DNA from: Betaproteobacteria bacterium
GTDB lineage: Bacteria > Pseudomonadota > Gammaproteobacteria > Burkholderiales > Gallionellaceae
Direction: 5' to 3'
DNA length: 64,000 bases
Assembly: GCA_021413765.1 (NCBI GenBank)
Contig: JAIOPT010000096.1
Coordinates: 6,723-70,722 of the forward strand
The notes under the pieces are model-generated. The model was not told where the DNA came from. It saw only the letters and a program-made list of their open reading frames with translations, and did not search any database. Within the stretch, counting starts at the first letter, position 1. Each line of letters begins with the position of its first letter. A program made the position numbers and the translations under genes. Positions 49,389 through 60,100 of this stretch are shown here, piece after piece.

Positions 49389-52135
49389 AATACTACTGCT
49401 GTGACCAGCGCCGCCGTGAAGTAGTGAAGTTAAACGGCACCCTCAATGGCCTGGAATATCTGGAGGTGCATGACAGCGGCATTCCCGGCGACTCCACTCG
49501 CCAGCTCACGCTGTTCGTAAAATTCCTGCGTGCAGTGCCTGCCATTCTTGGCAAGGATAACTTCCGTATCGAAGGCGGCGAACGCATCAAGAGCGTGGAC
49601 ATTGAGTGGGTCGCGATCGCTAATGCGCTGCCAGCCAGTGAGCCGCCCGGCCTGGTCGACGGCCTCGTGCCTCTCAATAAATTCATGGTGATTCGCACCA
49701 AGATTTACGGTGATTTTTCACTGTATTCGCTACGCCTGCTGAGCGGCCCCGGCAGCGATACGCCACCGGCTGGTTTCGATCCGCGCCTGAGTGAGATCCA
49801 GTTCTCGTTCAAGGTGCAGTGCGAATCGGATTTCGATTGCGCCAGCGTTACTCCCTGTCCTACGCCGCCAGCGACGAATCCGCGCCTCGATTATCTCGCC
49901 AAGGATTACGCCAGCTTCCGCCGCCTGATGCTTGACCGCATGAGCGTGCTCATGCCTGATTGGTCCAGCCGCAACGCCGCCGATATAGGCGTAACCTTGG
50001 TGGAAATGCTGGCCTATGTGGGCGATCAGCTTTCCTATCAACAAGACGCCGTCGCCACCGAAGCATATCTCGCTACCGCGCGCAAACGCATCTCACTGCG
50101 ACGTCATGCACGGCTGGTGGATTATTGGGTGCACGAGGGCTGTAATGCCCGCGTGTGGGTACAGCTATTCGTTAACGATGACGGTGTAAATATTCCACAC
50201 GGCACACCGTTACTCACGCGCGTGCCTAACACGCCCGAGCGCATCGCCCCATCTGGCGACCAACTGCGCGATGCCTTGGCAAGCGGTGCGCTGGTGTTCG
50301 AGACGGTAGAAGATACCCTGCTTTATCAGGATCACGAACGCATCGGTTTGTATACTTGGGGCGAGCGCGAATGTTGTTTGCCCAAGGGTGCGATGCGCGC
50401 GACGTTAAACGGACACTATCCCAACCTCAAGGCAGGTGACGTGCTGGTGTTCGCGGAAGAATTCGGCCCGCGCACTGGAGATGCCGCAGATGCAGATCGC
50501 ACGCATCGTTGGGCGGTGCGTCTCACCGACGTGCGTTTGGATAGCGACCCCTGCGGTGGTTTGTTCCTGCCAGTACCCAACAATAATCCGCTGGATGTCA
50601 CCGAGATCCGCTGGGCAGAACAGGATGCACTGCCGTTTCCATTATGCCTGTCGACCATCACTGACCTGGATCACGGCGCGACTTATTTCGGAGAGGTGAG
50701 CGCGGCCTACGGCAATATCGTGCTGGCCGACCATGGCCGTACCCTGACTGGCGAGAATTTGGGTGTTGTGTCAGCCTCACAACTCACTCTCGTATCCAAG
50801 AACGATATATTGAGTTGCAAGCGTCCGCCCTTGCAGGCCGTGCCACCACGGTTTCGGCCGCGACTTGCGGAACGTCCACTCACGCATGTTTTGCCGCTCA
50901 CAGCCGCGCCGTTGTTCGGCTTCACCGCGACAGCGGCCATCGTCACCGCGTTGCAAATACGCAGCTTTACCCCGTCGCTACACGATGCTTTGCAAGCGCA
51001 AGGAGTGCTGTTGCAGGCGGGGACGGTGGTAGTGCAAGGCGGAGATGGCACCTGGACTGTTTCTGACGGCGTGAGCGCTTATCGCCTGCGGCTGGATAGT
51101 GGGCAGGTGCAGGTGTCGCCGCTGGCTGATGCCGCCGCATTGATTACTGCCGCCGAGCCGCAGCGTGCCCACCCCGCCATTTCTCTTGCCAGCAACTTCC
51201 AAGGTACGCCAGATACTTGGTTGCCGCGCCCCGATCTGCTCGCCAGCGATGCCGGGGCAAGCGAATTCGTGGTGGAGAGTGAACATGACGGCAGCGCCTT
51301 ATTGCGTTTCGGTGACGATTATCACGGCAAGCGCCCCGATGTCAGCACCTCATTTAGCGCGAGCTATCGCGTCGGCAACGGCGTGGCAGGCAACATCGGT
51401 CTGGAGTCCATCGCGCACATCGTCAGCAATGATGCGCGGCTATTACGCGCGTCGAATCCTTTGCCGGCGCAAGGCGGCAGCGATCCTGAAAACGCCGAGG
51501 ATATCAGGCGCGATGCGCCGGAAGCGTTTCGCACCCAAGAACGCGCGGTCACCCCCGAAGATTATGCCGAGGTGACAGAACGCCATCCCAGTGTGCAGCG
51601 CGCTGCTGCCACCTTCCGCTGGACCGGCAGCTGGTACACGGTGTTTCTCACCGTCGATCGCAAAGGCGGCGGGGAAGTGGATGCGGTCTATGAGCAAACC
51701 ATCCGCGACCACGTCGAGCGTTATCGCATGGCCGGATATGACCTTGAGGTGAATAGCCCGAGCTATGTGCCGCTGCTGCTGGAAATGACGGTATGCGTCA
51801 AATCGGATTATTTCCGTGCCGATGTGCGCGCTGCGCTGATGCGCGTATTTAGCCGCGGCTGGCTGGACGATGGCAGGCCCGCGCTGTTCCATCCCGACAA
51901 CTTTACTTTCGGCCAGGCGGTGTATCTGAGCGCGCTTTATGAAGCGGCACAAACAATACAAGGCGTGGGTTCGGTGGTGATCAACACCTTCCAGCGTCTG
52001 CGTGCGCCACCCGACCCCAAGCCTATGGATGACGGCGTGCTGACAGTTGGACGCTTGGAGATTGCACGGCTGGACAACGATCCCAACTTCCCCGAGCGGG
52101 GTGTGTTGAAGCTCTCAATAGGAGGCGGAAAATGA
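49385..52135 (+). CDS. baseplate J/gp47-like wedge protein 1
   Basis: DYLAKDYASF, EAYL.TA, YRVGNG..GN, RAVT.EDY; start MKYYCC overlaps the gp25 stop. Confidence 0.9.
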   Translation: MKYYCCDQRRREVVKLNGTLNGLEYLEVHDSGIPGDSTRQLTLFVKFLRAVPAILGKDNFRIEGGERIKSVDIEWVAIANALPASEPPGLVDGLVPLNKFMVIRTKIYGDFSLYSLRLLSGPGSDTPPAGFDPRLSEIQFSFKVQCESDFDCASVTPCPTPPATNPRLDYLAKDYASFRRLMLDRMSVLMPDWSSRNAADIGVTLVEMLAYVGDQLSYQQDAVATEAYLATARKRISLRRHARLVDYWVHEGCNARVWVQLFVNDDGVNIPHGTPLLTRVPNTPERIAPSGDQLRDALASGALVFETVEDTLLYQDHERIGLYTWGERECCLPKGAMRATLNGHYPNLKAGDVLVFAEEFGPRTGDAADADRTHRWAVRLTDVRLDSDPCGGLFLPVPNNNPLDVTEIRWAEQDALPFPLCLSTITDLDHGATYFGEVSAAYGNIVLADHGRTLTGENLGVVSASQLTLVSKNDILSCKRPPLQAVPPRFRPRLAERPLTHVLPLTAAPLFGFTATAAIVTALQIRSFTPSLHDALQAQGVLLQAGTVVVQGGDGTWTVSDGVSAYRLRLDSGQVQVSPLADAAALITAAEPQRAHPAISLASNFQGTPDTWLPRPDLLASDAGASEFVVESEHDGSALLRFGDDYHGKRPDVSTSFSASYRVGNGVAGNIGLESIAHIVSNDARLLRASNPLPAQGGSDPENAEDIRRDAPEAFRTQERAVTPEDYAEVTERHPSVQRAAATFRWTGSWYTVFLTVDRKGGGEVDAVYEQTIRDHVERYRMAGYDLEVNSPSYVPLLLEMTVCVKSDYFRADVRAALMRVFSRGWLDDGRPALFHPDNFTFGQAVYLSALYEAAQTIQGVGSVVINTFQRLRAPPDPKPMDDGVLTVGRLEIARLDNDPNFPERGVLKLSIGGGK

Positions 52136-55107
52136 GCGGCGAAGAACAGCCATCGCAAGACGCATGCGGTTGTTGCGCGGGTGTAGGCATCCAGGCACCG
52201 GCGCTACTCTACAATCGCCCGGGGCTTGCGGCAATCGCTTATCGCATTGGCACGCACAGCGAGGTGTTGGCCAGCCTGCAGGCACGGCTGTCGTCGCAGG
52301 ATTATCCGGCGCTCGCGAAATTGCGCACCCGCGACAGCGATGATTTTTCCATCGCACTGTTGGACGCCTATGCCTGTATGGCTGATGTGTTGAGCTTCTA
52401 TCAGGAACGTCTCGCCAATGAATCCTATTTGCGCACCGCTGATGAGCGGTTGTCGTTGAGCGAACTGGCGCGACTGATCGGCTATCGACTCAAACCCGGT
52501 GTTGCCGCGGAGACTTACCTTGCTTTCACGCTGCAAGAGCCGCCGCCACAACCCGTGAGCAGCGATCCCAAGCAGGCTACCGGCGTACCGGACAAAATCA
52601 CGTTGGACATCGGCATCAAGGTGCAAAGCATACCCGGCCCCGACGAAAAACCGCAGACCTTTGAGACCGTCGAGAGCATCGAGGCGCGGCCGGCATGGAA
52701 TGTCTTGCTGCCGAAAATGCATGAGATGAAACTGCCGGTGTTCGGCACCAAAATCGTGTACCTGCAGGGCACCGCGACGCAACTTAAGGCTGGTGACGCG
52801 CTGCTGTTCGTCGGCACGGAACGTGAAAACAATACCGGCAACGAGAACTGGGATTTCCGTCGCGTCCAAAGCGTGGTGCTGGACAGCACCGCAGATCGCA
52901 CCATTGTCACGCTGGATCACGGCCTGGGCACCGCTGCACCCTACGTCGCGCCGGCGGCTGACCCCAAGGTTTACGCGCTGCGCCAGCGCGCCTCGCTGTT
53001 CGGTTATAATGCTCCCGACTGGCGGATAATGTCCAACGACATCAAATGCGGCTATCTGGGACTGCCCACCGGCTCGACCATCACCGCCACCGAATGGCCT
53101 GGCTTTACCATCGCCGACATCTCCGATCCACCGACCGATACCGCCACCGGTACCGGTTTGTTCGGCGAATATTTTGACAACAAAAATCTCTCGAGTCGCA
53201 AACTCAGCCGCACCGACACCACGGTAAATTTTGAATGGGGAAGCGGTTCGCCCGATCCGCTGATCGGCGCCGACACGTTCTCGGTGCGCTGGAGCGGCTG
53301 GGTACATGCGCCTATTACCGGCGGCTACACCTTTTACACCACGTCCGACGACGGCGTGCGCCTGTGGGTCGACAATCAGTTGCTCATCAACAATTGGACC
53401 GATCATGGCGCGACCGAAAACAGTGGCGGCATCACACTCACTGCCGGCAAGAAATACGATATTAAATTGGAGTATTACGAAAATGGTGGCGCGGCAACTA
53501 TCAAGCTGTCTTGGGCGCCGCCGGGGCAGGCCAAGCAGATCATCCCGCAAGAGCGGCTCTATCCGCGCAACGTCCACACGCTGCACCTCGACGCGCTCTA
53601 TCCACAGATTGTGCACGACGGCTGGCTGGTGCTGTCCATCCCCGAATATCAGGAGCTGTATCAAGTCGATACCGCAGGCGAGGATGCGCGCGCCAGTTTT
53701 ACGCTCAGCGGCAAAACCACGCGGCTGAAGGTGAAAGGCGAGAACCTACGCGAACTCTTCAATGAACGGTTGCGCGAGACGGCGGTGTTCGCTCATAGTG
53801 AAAAACTGACGCTGGCGGAAACACCCATCACCATCGACGTATTGGGAGATTTTTTGCGTGTCGATCGCAAGGTGGAAGAACTTTTGCCCGGGCGCAAGCT
53901 GATCCTCAGCGGCACCACCACTGCCGGCGATGAGGTGAGTGAAGTGTTGACGCTGCTGAGCACCGAAGCAGACGGCAACACCAGCAAATTATTTTTTACT
54001 ACCTCGTTACAACATCAATACCAGCGCGGTAGCGTAAAGCTTTACGCCAACGTTGCGCTCGCCACCCACGGCGAGACCGTGCATCAGACTCTCGGCAGCG
54101 GTGCGGCGCGACTTTCCAATCAACGTTACACCCTTAAACATACACCGCTCACCTTCGTAGGCGCCGAGAACGAGACCGGCGCCGAGGCGGCATTGGAGGT
54201 GCGGGTCAACGATATCCGCTGGCACGAGACATCCACCCTCTACCAGGCAGGTGCTGATGACCGCTCCTATGTGCTGCGCGTGGAAGAGGACGGTGCGGGA
54301 ACCATTCAGTTCGGCGATGGCCTCAACGGCGCGCGCCTGCCCACCGGTCAGGATAATCTGCGTGCTGTTTATCGCAAAGGCATCGGCTCAGCGGGCAACC
54401 TGCAAGCTGGTCAGCTCTCGCAATTACTCTCGCGCCCATTGGGCTTGAAAGCAGTGAGCAATCCGCTGCCTGCTGCGGGTGGCGTGAATGCAGACAGTTC
54501 AACCCATGCTCGGCGCAACATGCCGCTAGGCGTGCGCACGCTCGGACGCGTGGTTTCGGTGCAGGACTATGAAGATTACGCACTCGCATTCACCGGCATC
54601 GCCAAGGCCCAAGCCACTGTGCTCAACACCCGCGCCGGGCGCACTGTATTCATCACCGTCGCCGGCGATGACGGCGTTCAACCGCCGGACTTGACTCTCG
54701 CTAAACTGCTCAACACCCTTAAACAAAACGGTGATCCGCTGGTGCACTGCGAAACAAAGGCGTACAACGAGGCAACGTTTCATCTCGCCCTGCGCATCAA
54801 ATGCGATCCGGATCACGACGGCAAAATGGTGTTGGCCGACGTCGAGACTGCACTGCGCGCCGCTTTTTCCTTCGATGCACGCGACTTCGGGCAGACTGTT
54901 TCTCGCTCCGAGATCATCGCCACTGCGCAGGAGGTGGAGGGCGTGCTGGGCGTGGACCTGGATCGTTTCTACCGCGGTGCCACCATCGCGCTGGAACAGC
55001 GCCTGACACCGGCCACCGCGACTACCGACGGGCAAGGTAATGGCATTGCCGCCGAGTTATTACTGTTAGATACCAGCCCATTCGATTATCTGGAGGAGAT
55101 GCCGTGA
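52132..55107 (+). CDS. baseplate J/gp47-like wedge protein 2 with internal PA14 domain
   Basis: FYQERLANE.YLRTA, FGDG, YRKGIG..GN, RVVS..DY; PA14 motifs GLFGEYF, FSVRWSG, SDDGVRLWVD, LEYYE. Confidence 0.9.
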   Translation: MSGEEQPSQDACGCCAGVGIQAPALLYNRPGLAAIAYRIGTHSEVLASLQARLSSQDYPALAKLRTRDSDDFSIALLDAYACMADVLSFYQERLANESYLRTADERLSLSELARLIGYRLKPGVAAETYLAFTLQEPPPQPVSSDPKQATGVPDKITLDIGIKVQSIPGPDEKPQTFETVESIEARPAWNVLLPKMHEMKLPVFGTKIVYLQGTATQLKAGDALLFVGTERENNTGNENWDFRRVQSVVLDSTADRTIVTLDHGLGTAAPYVAPAADPKVYALRQRASLFGYNAPDWRIMSNDIKCGYLGLPTGSTITATEWPGFTIADISDPPTDTATGTGLFGEYFDNKNLSSRKLSRTDTTVNFEWGSGSPDPLIGADTFSVRWSGWVHAPITGGYTFYTTSDDGVRLWVDNQLLINNWTDHGATENSGGITLTAGKKYDIKLEYYENGGAATIKLSWAPPGQAKQIIPQERLYPRNVHTLHLDALYPQIVHDGWLVLSIPEYQELYQVDTAGEDARASFTLSGKTTRLKVKGENLRELFNERLRETAVFAHSEKLTLAETPITIDVLGDFLRVDRKVEELLPGRKLILSGTTTAGDEVSEVLTLLSTEADGNTSKLFFTTSLQHQYQRGSVKLYANVALATHGETVHQTLGSGAARLSNQRYTLKHTPLTFVGAENETGAEAALEVRVNDIRWHETSTLYQAGADDRSYVLRVEEDGAGTIQFGDGLNGARLPTGQDNLRAVYRKGIGSAGNLQAGQLSQLLSRPLGLKAVSNPLPAAGGVNADSSTHARRNMPLGVRTLGRVVSVQDYEDYALAFTGIAKAQATVLNTRAGRTVFITVAGDDGVQPPDLTLAKLLNTLKQNGDPLVHCETKAYNEATFHLALRIKCDPDHDGKMVLADVETALRAAFSFDARDFGQTVSRSEIIATAQEVEGVLGVDLDRFYRGATIALEQRLTPATATTDGQGNGIAAELLLLDTSPFDYLEEMP

Positions 55108-57149
55108 ACACGACCGCTGACCGCCTCTATGAACTGCTGCCCGCAATCCACCGCATACGCGATGCGGAGCAAGGCTATCCGCTACGCGAGCTGCTCGCCG
55201 TCATCGCCGAACAGGTGGCAGCCATGGAGGAAAACCTCGAACAACTTTACGACGATCAATTCATCGAAACTTGCGCGCCGTGGGTGGCGCCTTACATCGG
55301 TGATCTCATCGGCTATCGCACGCTGCACGGCGTGGTGCCCAATGTGGCCTCGCCGCGCGCCGATGTGGCCAACACTATTCGTTATCGTCGCCGCAAGGGT
55401 ACGGCATCCATGCTCGAGCAGCTGGCGCGCGATGTTACCGGTTGGCCGGCGCGGGCAGTGGAGTTCTTCCAGCTGCTGGGCTGGACTCAGAACATGAATC
55501 ATTTGCGTACCCATGCGCACTATGCACCGGATCTGCGCAACCAGGAAAGACTGCACTGGCGCGACACTGCCTTCGACACGATCGCTCACACCGTGGATGT
55601 GCGGCGAACCGGTATCGGCATGGGCACTGGCGCCGCGCGCCACAACATTCCCAACATTGGCCTTTATCTGTGGCGGGTACGCGCGTTTTCGTTGACCCGC
55701 TCGCCGGCAGTGGTCGATCCAGATATCGGTGGCGGGCTGCGTTTCCGCTTCAGTCCGTTGGGCGCCGACATGGCGCTTTACAACACGCCAGAAACGGAAG
55801 AAGAGATAACGCATCTGGCTGAGCCGCGCAACGTGCCGATGCCGCTCGCGCACCGCTGGCTCAAGGCTCATCTCGGCGACTACTACGGTCCTGGCAAAAG
55901 CTTATGGCTGGAACTGGACGGCAATCCACCGCAGCTAATTGCGCGCAACAACATCTGCATCTGCGATCTTAGCGACATCAAGGACGGCGGCGGCAATGTC
56001 ATCGCCTGGGCGCACCAGCCTGCTGCCGGTTCCGGGCTAGTGTCCATCGATCCGGTGCTGGGCCGCATCGCCTTCGCCGACGCACCGGCCTCTGCACCGC
56101 TGGTGAGCTTTCATTACGGTTACACCATTGCCATCGGCGGCGGCGAATACGAGCGCGGCGACCCCGCCGTGCCGGTCACGCCGGTGCAAACCGTGCATGG
56201 CGGCGCGGCACTGCAGCCAGCACTCAACTTGGTGCAGAATGGCGGCACGGTGGAAGTGCTCGACAGCCGCCGTTATGTGGAGACGCCCTCGATCACCGTG
56301 AATGCCGGTAAGACGGTCGTGTTGCGTGCGGTCAATGGTGCGCGCCCTCTGCTGGCGGCGAGCGGTGATATCACGCTTACGCTCGGCGCCGAAGCGACCT
56401 TGATCCTCGATGGCTGGGTAATCAGCGGCGGTACACTCAGGATGGCTGCTTTCCCCGACTCTCAGCCGCGTTATCTCGTGCTGCGCGATTGCACGCTGGT
56501 GCCGGGAACGTTCGGAGCGGTCGATGCCCCCGGCCTAGTGGTAAGTCATGCTTTCGCCAAGATAGAGCTGGAACGCTGCATTACCGCTCCGCTGCATATC
56601 GCTGCTGATGCTGAAGTCTCGTTGAGAGAATGCATCGTGGATGCGACCTCGCAAAAATTCATTGCCTTCCGTGGCCCCGGCGCCGATGCCCTCGCAGAAA
56701 GCGGCGCACTCACATTGGAAAGCTGCACCGTCATCGGCAAAGTCCACACCCGGCAATTGACGCTGGCAAGTGATTGCATCTTTGTCGCTGCGCTCACCAC
56801 CGGCGGTGACACATGGAAAGCACCGCTTTGGGCCGAACGCCGCCAACAAGGCTGCGTGCGTTTTTCCTATATACCGCCCGGCTCGCGCACACCATCCCGC
56901 TATCACTGCCAACCTGAAGATAGCGAGCAGCAGATTTGGCCGCAATTCACTTCGCTGCATTACGGTGATTCCGGCTATTGCCAGTTGCTACAGAGCACCT
57001 CAGACAAGATTCGCCGTGGTGCCCATGACGAGAGCGAGATGGGCGTGCTGCATGGTTTGTATCAGCCACAACGCGAAACCAATCTGCGCGTGCGGCTGGA
57101 AGAATATCTGCGCTTTGGCCTGGAAGCGGGATTGATCTACGGAAGTTAA
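55104..57149 (+). CDS. baseplate/tail protein (P2 gpI-like N-terminus)
   Basis: LY.LLPAIHR.RD, FIETC..W...YIGDLIG, RRRKGT. Confidence 0.8.
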   Translation: MNTTADRLYELLPAIHRIRDAEQGYPLRELLAVIAEQVAAMEENLEQLYDDQFIETCAPWVAPYIGDLIGYRTLHGVVPNVASPRADVANTIRYRRRKGTASMLEQLARDVTGWPARAVEFFQLLGWTQNMNHLRTHAHYAPDLRNQERLHWRDTAFDTIAHTVDVRRTGIGMGTGAARHNIPNIGLYLWRVRAFSLTRSPAVVDPDIGGGLRFRFSPLGADMALYNTPETEEEITHLAEPRNVPMPLAHRWLKAHLGDYYGPGKSLWLELDGNPPQLIARNNICICDLSDIKDGGGNVIAWAHQPAAGSGLVSIDPVLGRIAFADAPASAPLVSFHYGYTIAIGGGEYERGDPAVPVTPVQTVHGGAALQPALNLVQNGGTVEVLDSRRYVETPSITVNAGKTVVLRAVNGARPLLAASGDITLTLGAEATLILDGWVISGGTLRMAAFPDSQPRYLVLRDCTLVPGTFGAVDAPGLVVSHAFAKIELERCITAPLHIAADAEVSLRECIVDATSQKFIAFRGPGADALAESGALTLESCTVIGKVHTRQLTLASDCIFVAALTTGGDTWKAPLWAERRQQGCVRFSYIPPGSRTPSRYHCQPEDSEQQIWPQFTSLHYGDSGYCQLLQSTSDKIRRGAHDESEMGVLHGLYQPQRETNLRVRLEEYLRFGLEAGLIYGS

Positions 57150-57182
57150 GGGCGGCATTGCCGCCACAATAAGGAGAAAGTC

Positions 57183-60100
57183 ATGAGTGGAGATTACAGC
57201 CGAGTTCGATTCGATCCTCGCATCGATCTGTCCGGCGTCTTGATGCAGCAAGGGCGCGTGCAACTGGACTCGGATTGGAATGAGTGGGTGGCGGTACTGG
57301 ACAGGCGCTTGCGCGCCGAGAGCGTGGATACGTTCGGCGTGCATGTTACGCCGGGTATCACGGGCGTGGCGGTGGTCTCGCCGCAGACGCCGGACGCCTT
57401 CAAGATCGAGGCTGCCGGGGGCAATATCAGCATCGGTCGCGGCCGCATGTATGTGGACGGGCTGCTGGCGGAGAATCACGGCGGCGGCGCGGCGGAGTTC
57501 GATGCTGTGCTCGCTGAGCTGAGAGGAAAAACGGCGCTGGCGTACAATCTGCAGCCGTATTTCCCCGCGCCGCCAACCTTGCCCAGCGGCGGACCGCACC
57601 TCGCCTATCTTGAAGTTTGGCAGCGCGAGGTTACCTATCTGCAACAACCCAATTTGGTCGAAAGCGCCGTGGGCGTGGATACCACCACGCGCCAGCAAAC
57701 CGTGTGGCAGGTGCGTATGCTGGCTAATGTTGGCGGAGCCAACTGCACCGCACCCGATGCCATGGTAGCTGGCTGGCAAGCGCTTATTGCACCATCCGCC
57801 GGACGCATGTCGATCAAGGCGGAGGGCGTTCCGCCCGATCTCGATCCATGCGAACTGCCGCCCAGCGGTGGTTATCGCGGACTGGAGAACCAGCTCTATC
57901 GCGTCGAGATTCACGACGGCGGCGCCGTGGGTGCGGCGACGTTCAAATGGTCACGCGACAATGCCAGCGTGGCGAGCAATATAGTGGAAATTGTCTCTCA
58001 GACCGCGACCAGCACCGAGCTCAAATTGGCTAGCCTGGGCCGTGACGCGGTGTTGCGTTTCAACAGCGGTGATTGGGTGGAGATACTTGACGACCGGCGC
58101 GAACTCAGCGGCGAAAACGGCGATCCTGCGCTACGCCGCGGCGTGATGCGCAAGATCAGCGTCGACGATGCCAAGCAAACCATCAGCTTCACCCCCGCGT
58201 TGCCAGCGAATCTCGTTCCCGGCGGCGGCCTCGATACCCTGGATTCCCGCCACACTCGCGTGCGGCGCTGGGATCAAAAGGGCACGGTGCGAGACGCGAA
58301 CAACAATGTCATCGTCAATCTTGACTCGGCGGGTAGTACCGGACTGATTCCGGTGCCGGCTGCGGGCGTTTGGGTGGTGCTGGAAAACGGAATTAAAATT
58401 CAATTCGGTCTTGATCCCTCCGGCGGCGGGTTCCACTGCGGGGACTATTGGGTATCCGCAGCACGCACCAATGACACCTCGGTGGAAACTTACACCCAAG
58501 CGCCGCCGCGCGGCATCCATCGCCATTATGCGAGGCTGTCCATCGTCACCTTCCCCGACGACGAAACCGACTGCCGCGTGAAATGGCCGCCTGAATGCGG
58601 CGGGTGCTGCACTATCAATGTCGCGCCTGGCGAAAATATCCAGACCGCGATCGACTCGCTGCCGGATGAAGGCGGTTGCGTGTGTTTGAAAACGGGCGTG
58701 CACAACGTCAGCACTACCATTCAGATATTCGCGTCACACATCATTCTGCGCGGTGAGAGTCCTGGCACCATCGTGCGTGCGGCAGGGCTAGCCAGAACCT
58801 TACAGATCGGCAATGCCAGTTCGCCGGTTAGCGATATTGTCGTCGAGGGCATACGCTTCGAGGCGACAGCCGCTGCTGCCGATATTGGCACACTGCTTTA
58901 TCTGGAGTACTGTATGCGGGTACGGGTGGAGCATTGTGCGCTTGCTGTAGTTGTTTCGCAGCTGCAAGCGCCGCCGTCCTATGTTGGCATCAATTTGAGC
59001 AGCGTGACCGATGTCGACCTGATCGCCAATCGCCTGGATAATTTCCTCGTCGGCATTCTGAGTCAGGATTATCAGGGTGGTCTGCGCATTACCGACAATG
59101 CCATTGCAGGCATTACCGGCATATTCCTCGGTCAGGCCGATGGATCCAATGGCCAATATGGTATACGAATAGATACCGATCACACTCAAGCTTGCCGCAT
59201 CGAGAACAATCGCATCCGCCATTTCTGGGTCGGTATCTCTTTGCGTCATAACGCCGTGGGTTCACTCATATTGGGTAATCGCATCAGCCGCAGTGCCGGT
59301 GTCACGCAAGATAAACTTCCCTCTGATGCCGTGCAAATGCGCAATTACCTTGATGCCCGCCTCTACGCAATAGATGTCGAAGCTGCTCAATGCGAGGTGC
59401 GCGGCAACCAGATCGACCTGCTCTCCGCAGCGTGGGGCGGTATTCGAGTCAGCGGTGATCACGCGATGATCGCCGCAAATTTCATGGAAGCGATTGCACA
59501 GAAGGACCAACTGACAGTGCCCGCCGGCATTTATTGTCTGGCCGATGCAAAAAATGGCCGTGCCGCCGATCACGCTGTGGTGCGCGATAATCAATTGCTG
59601 GGTCCGCAATTGGGAATTGTCGTCTCACGCATCGCCTGTCCGGCCATCGCCGGTAATCACATCGATGGCGGTGGCGCCGGATGGTACGGCGTACGGGTGG
59701 ATGATTGCAGTGACAGCCGCATCGACAATAACGACCTGCGCGAAGTGTTCTTCGCCGTGCATCTCAGCGAAGGCGAACGCAACCATATAGCAGGCAATCG
59801 CATCGATCAGGCAGGCACCGGCATCACCGCCACGCAGGAAACCGATATGGAGATCAGCGGCAACACGCTGCAATCCTGTTTGCTGCTGGGGATGGCGTTA
59901 TTCGTGCGAGGCAATACCGCACTGCTCGGAAACCGGGTACGCAACTGCGGCTATGCTTCGGTATTATCGATCGGTATCGGCGTATACGCCGAAGAGGTGT
60001 GGACGCCTACCGGTGCACATTTGCGCATCGAAGGCTGCGAGGTGGTCGACACCGGAATCTCTGCCGATGGCAACCAGGTCACGACCGTCAGTGCCATCGG

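Noticed and set aside
52204-53664. 486-aa antisense ORF (and other long shadow ORFs such as 57000-57914, 15195-15950)
   Set aside because: They lie opposite well-supported genes, have no motifs, and are expected from GC-rich codon bias
42081-55107. Anthrax-like binary toxin (LF-like domain + PA14)
   Set aside because: PA14 is a widespread module embedded in a baseplate protein; no pore-forming protective-antigen domains are present
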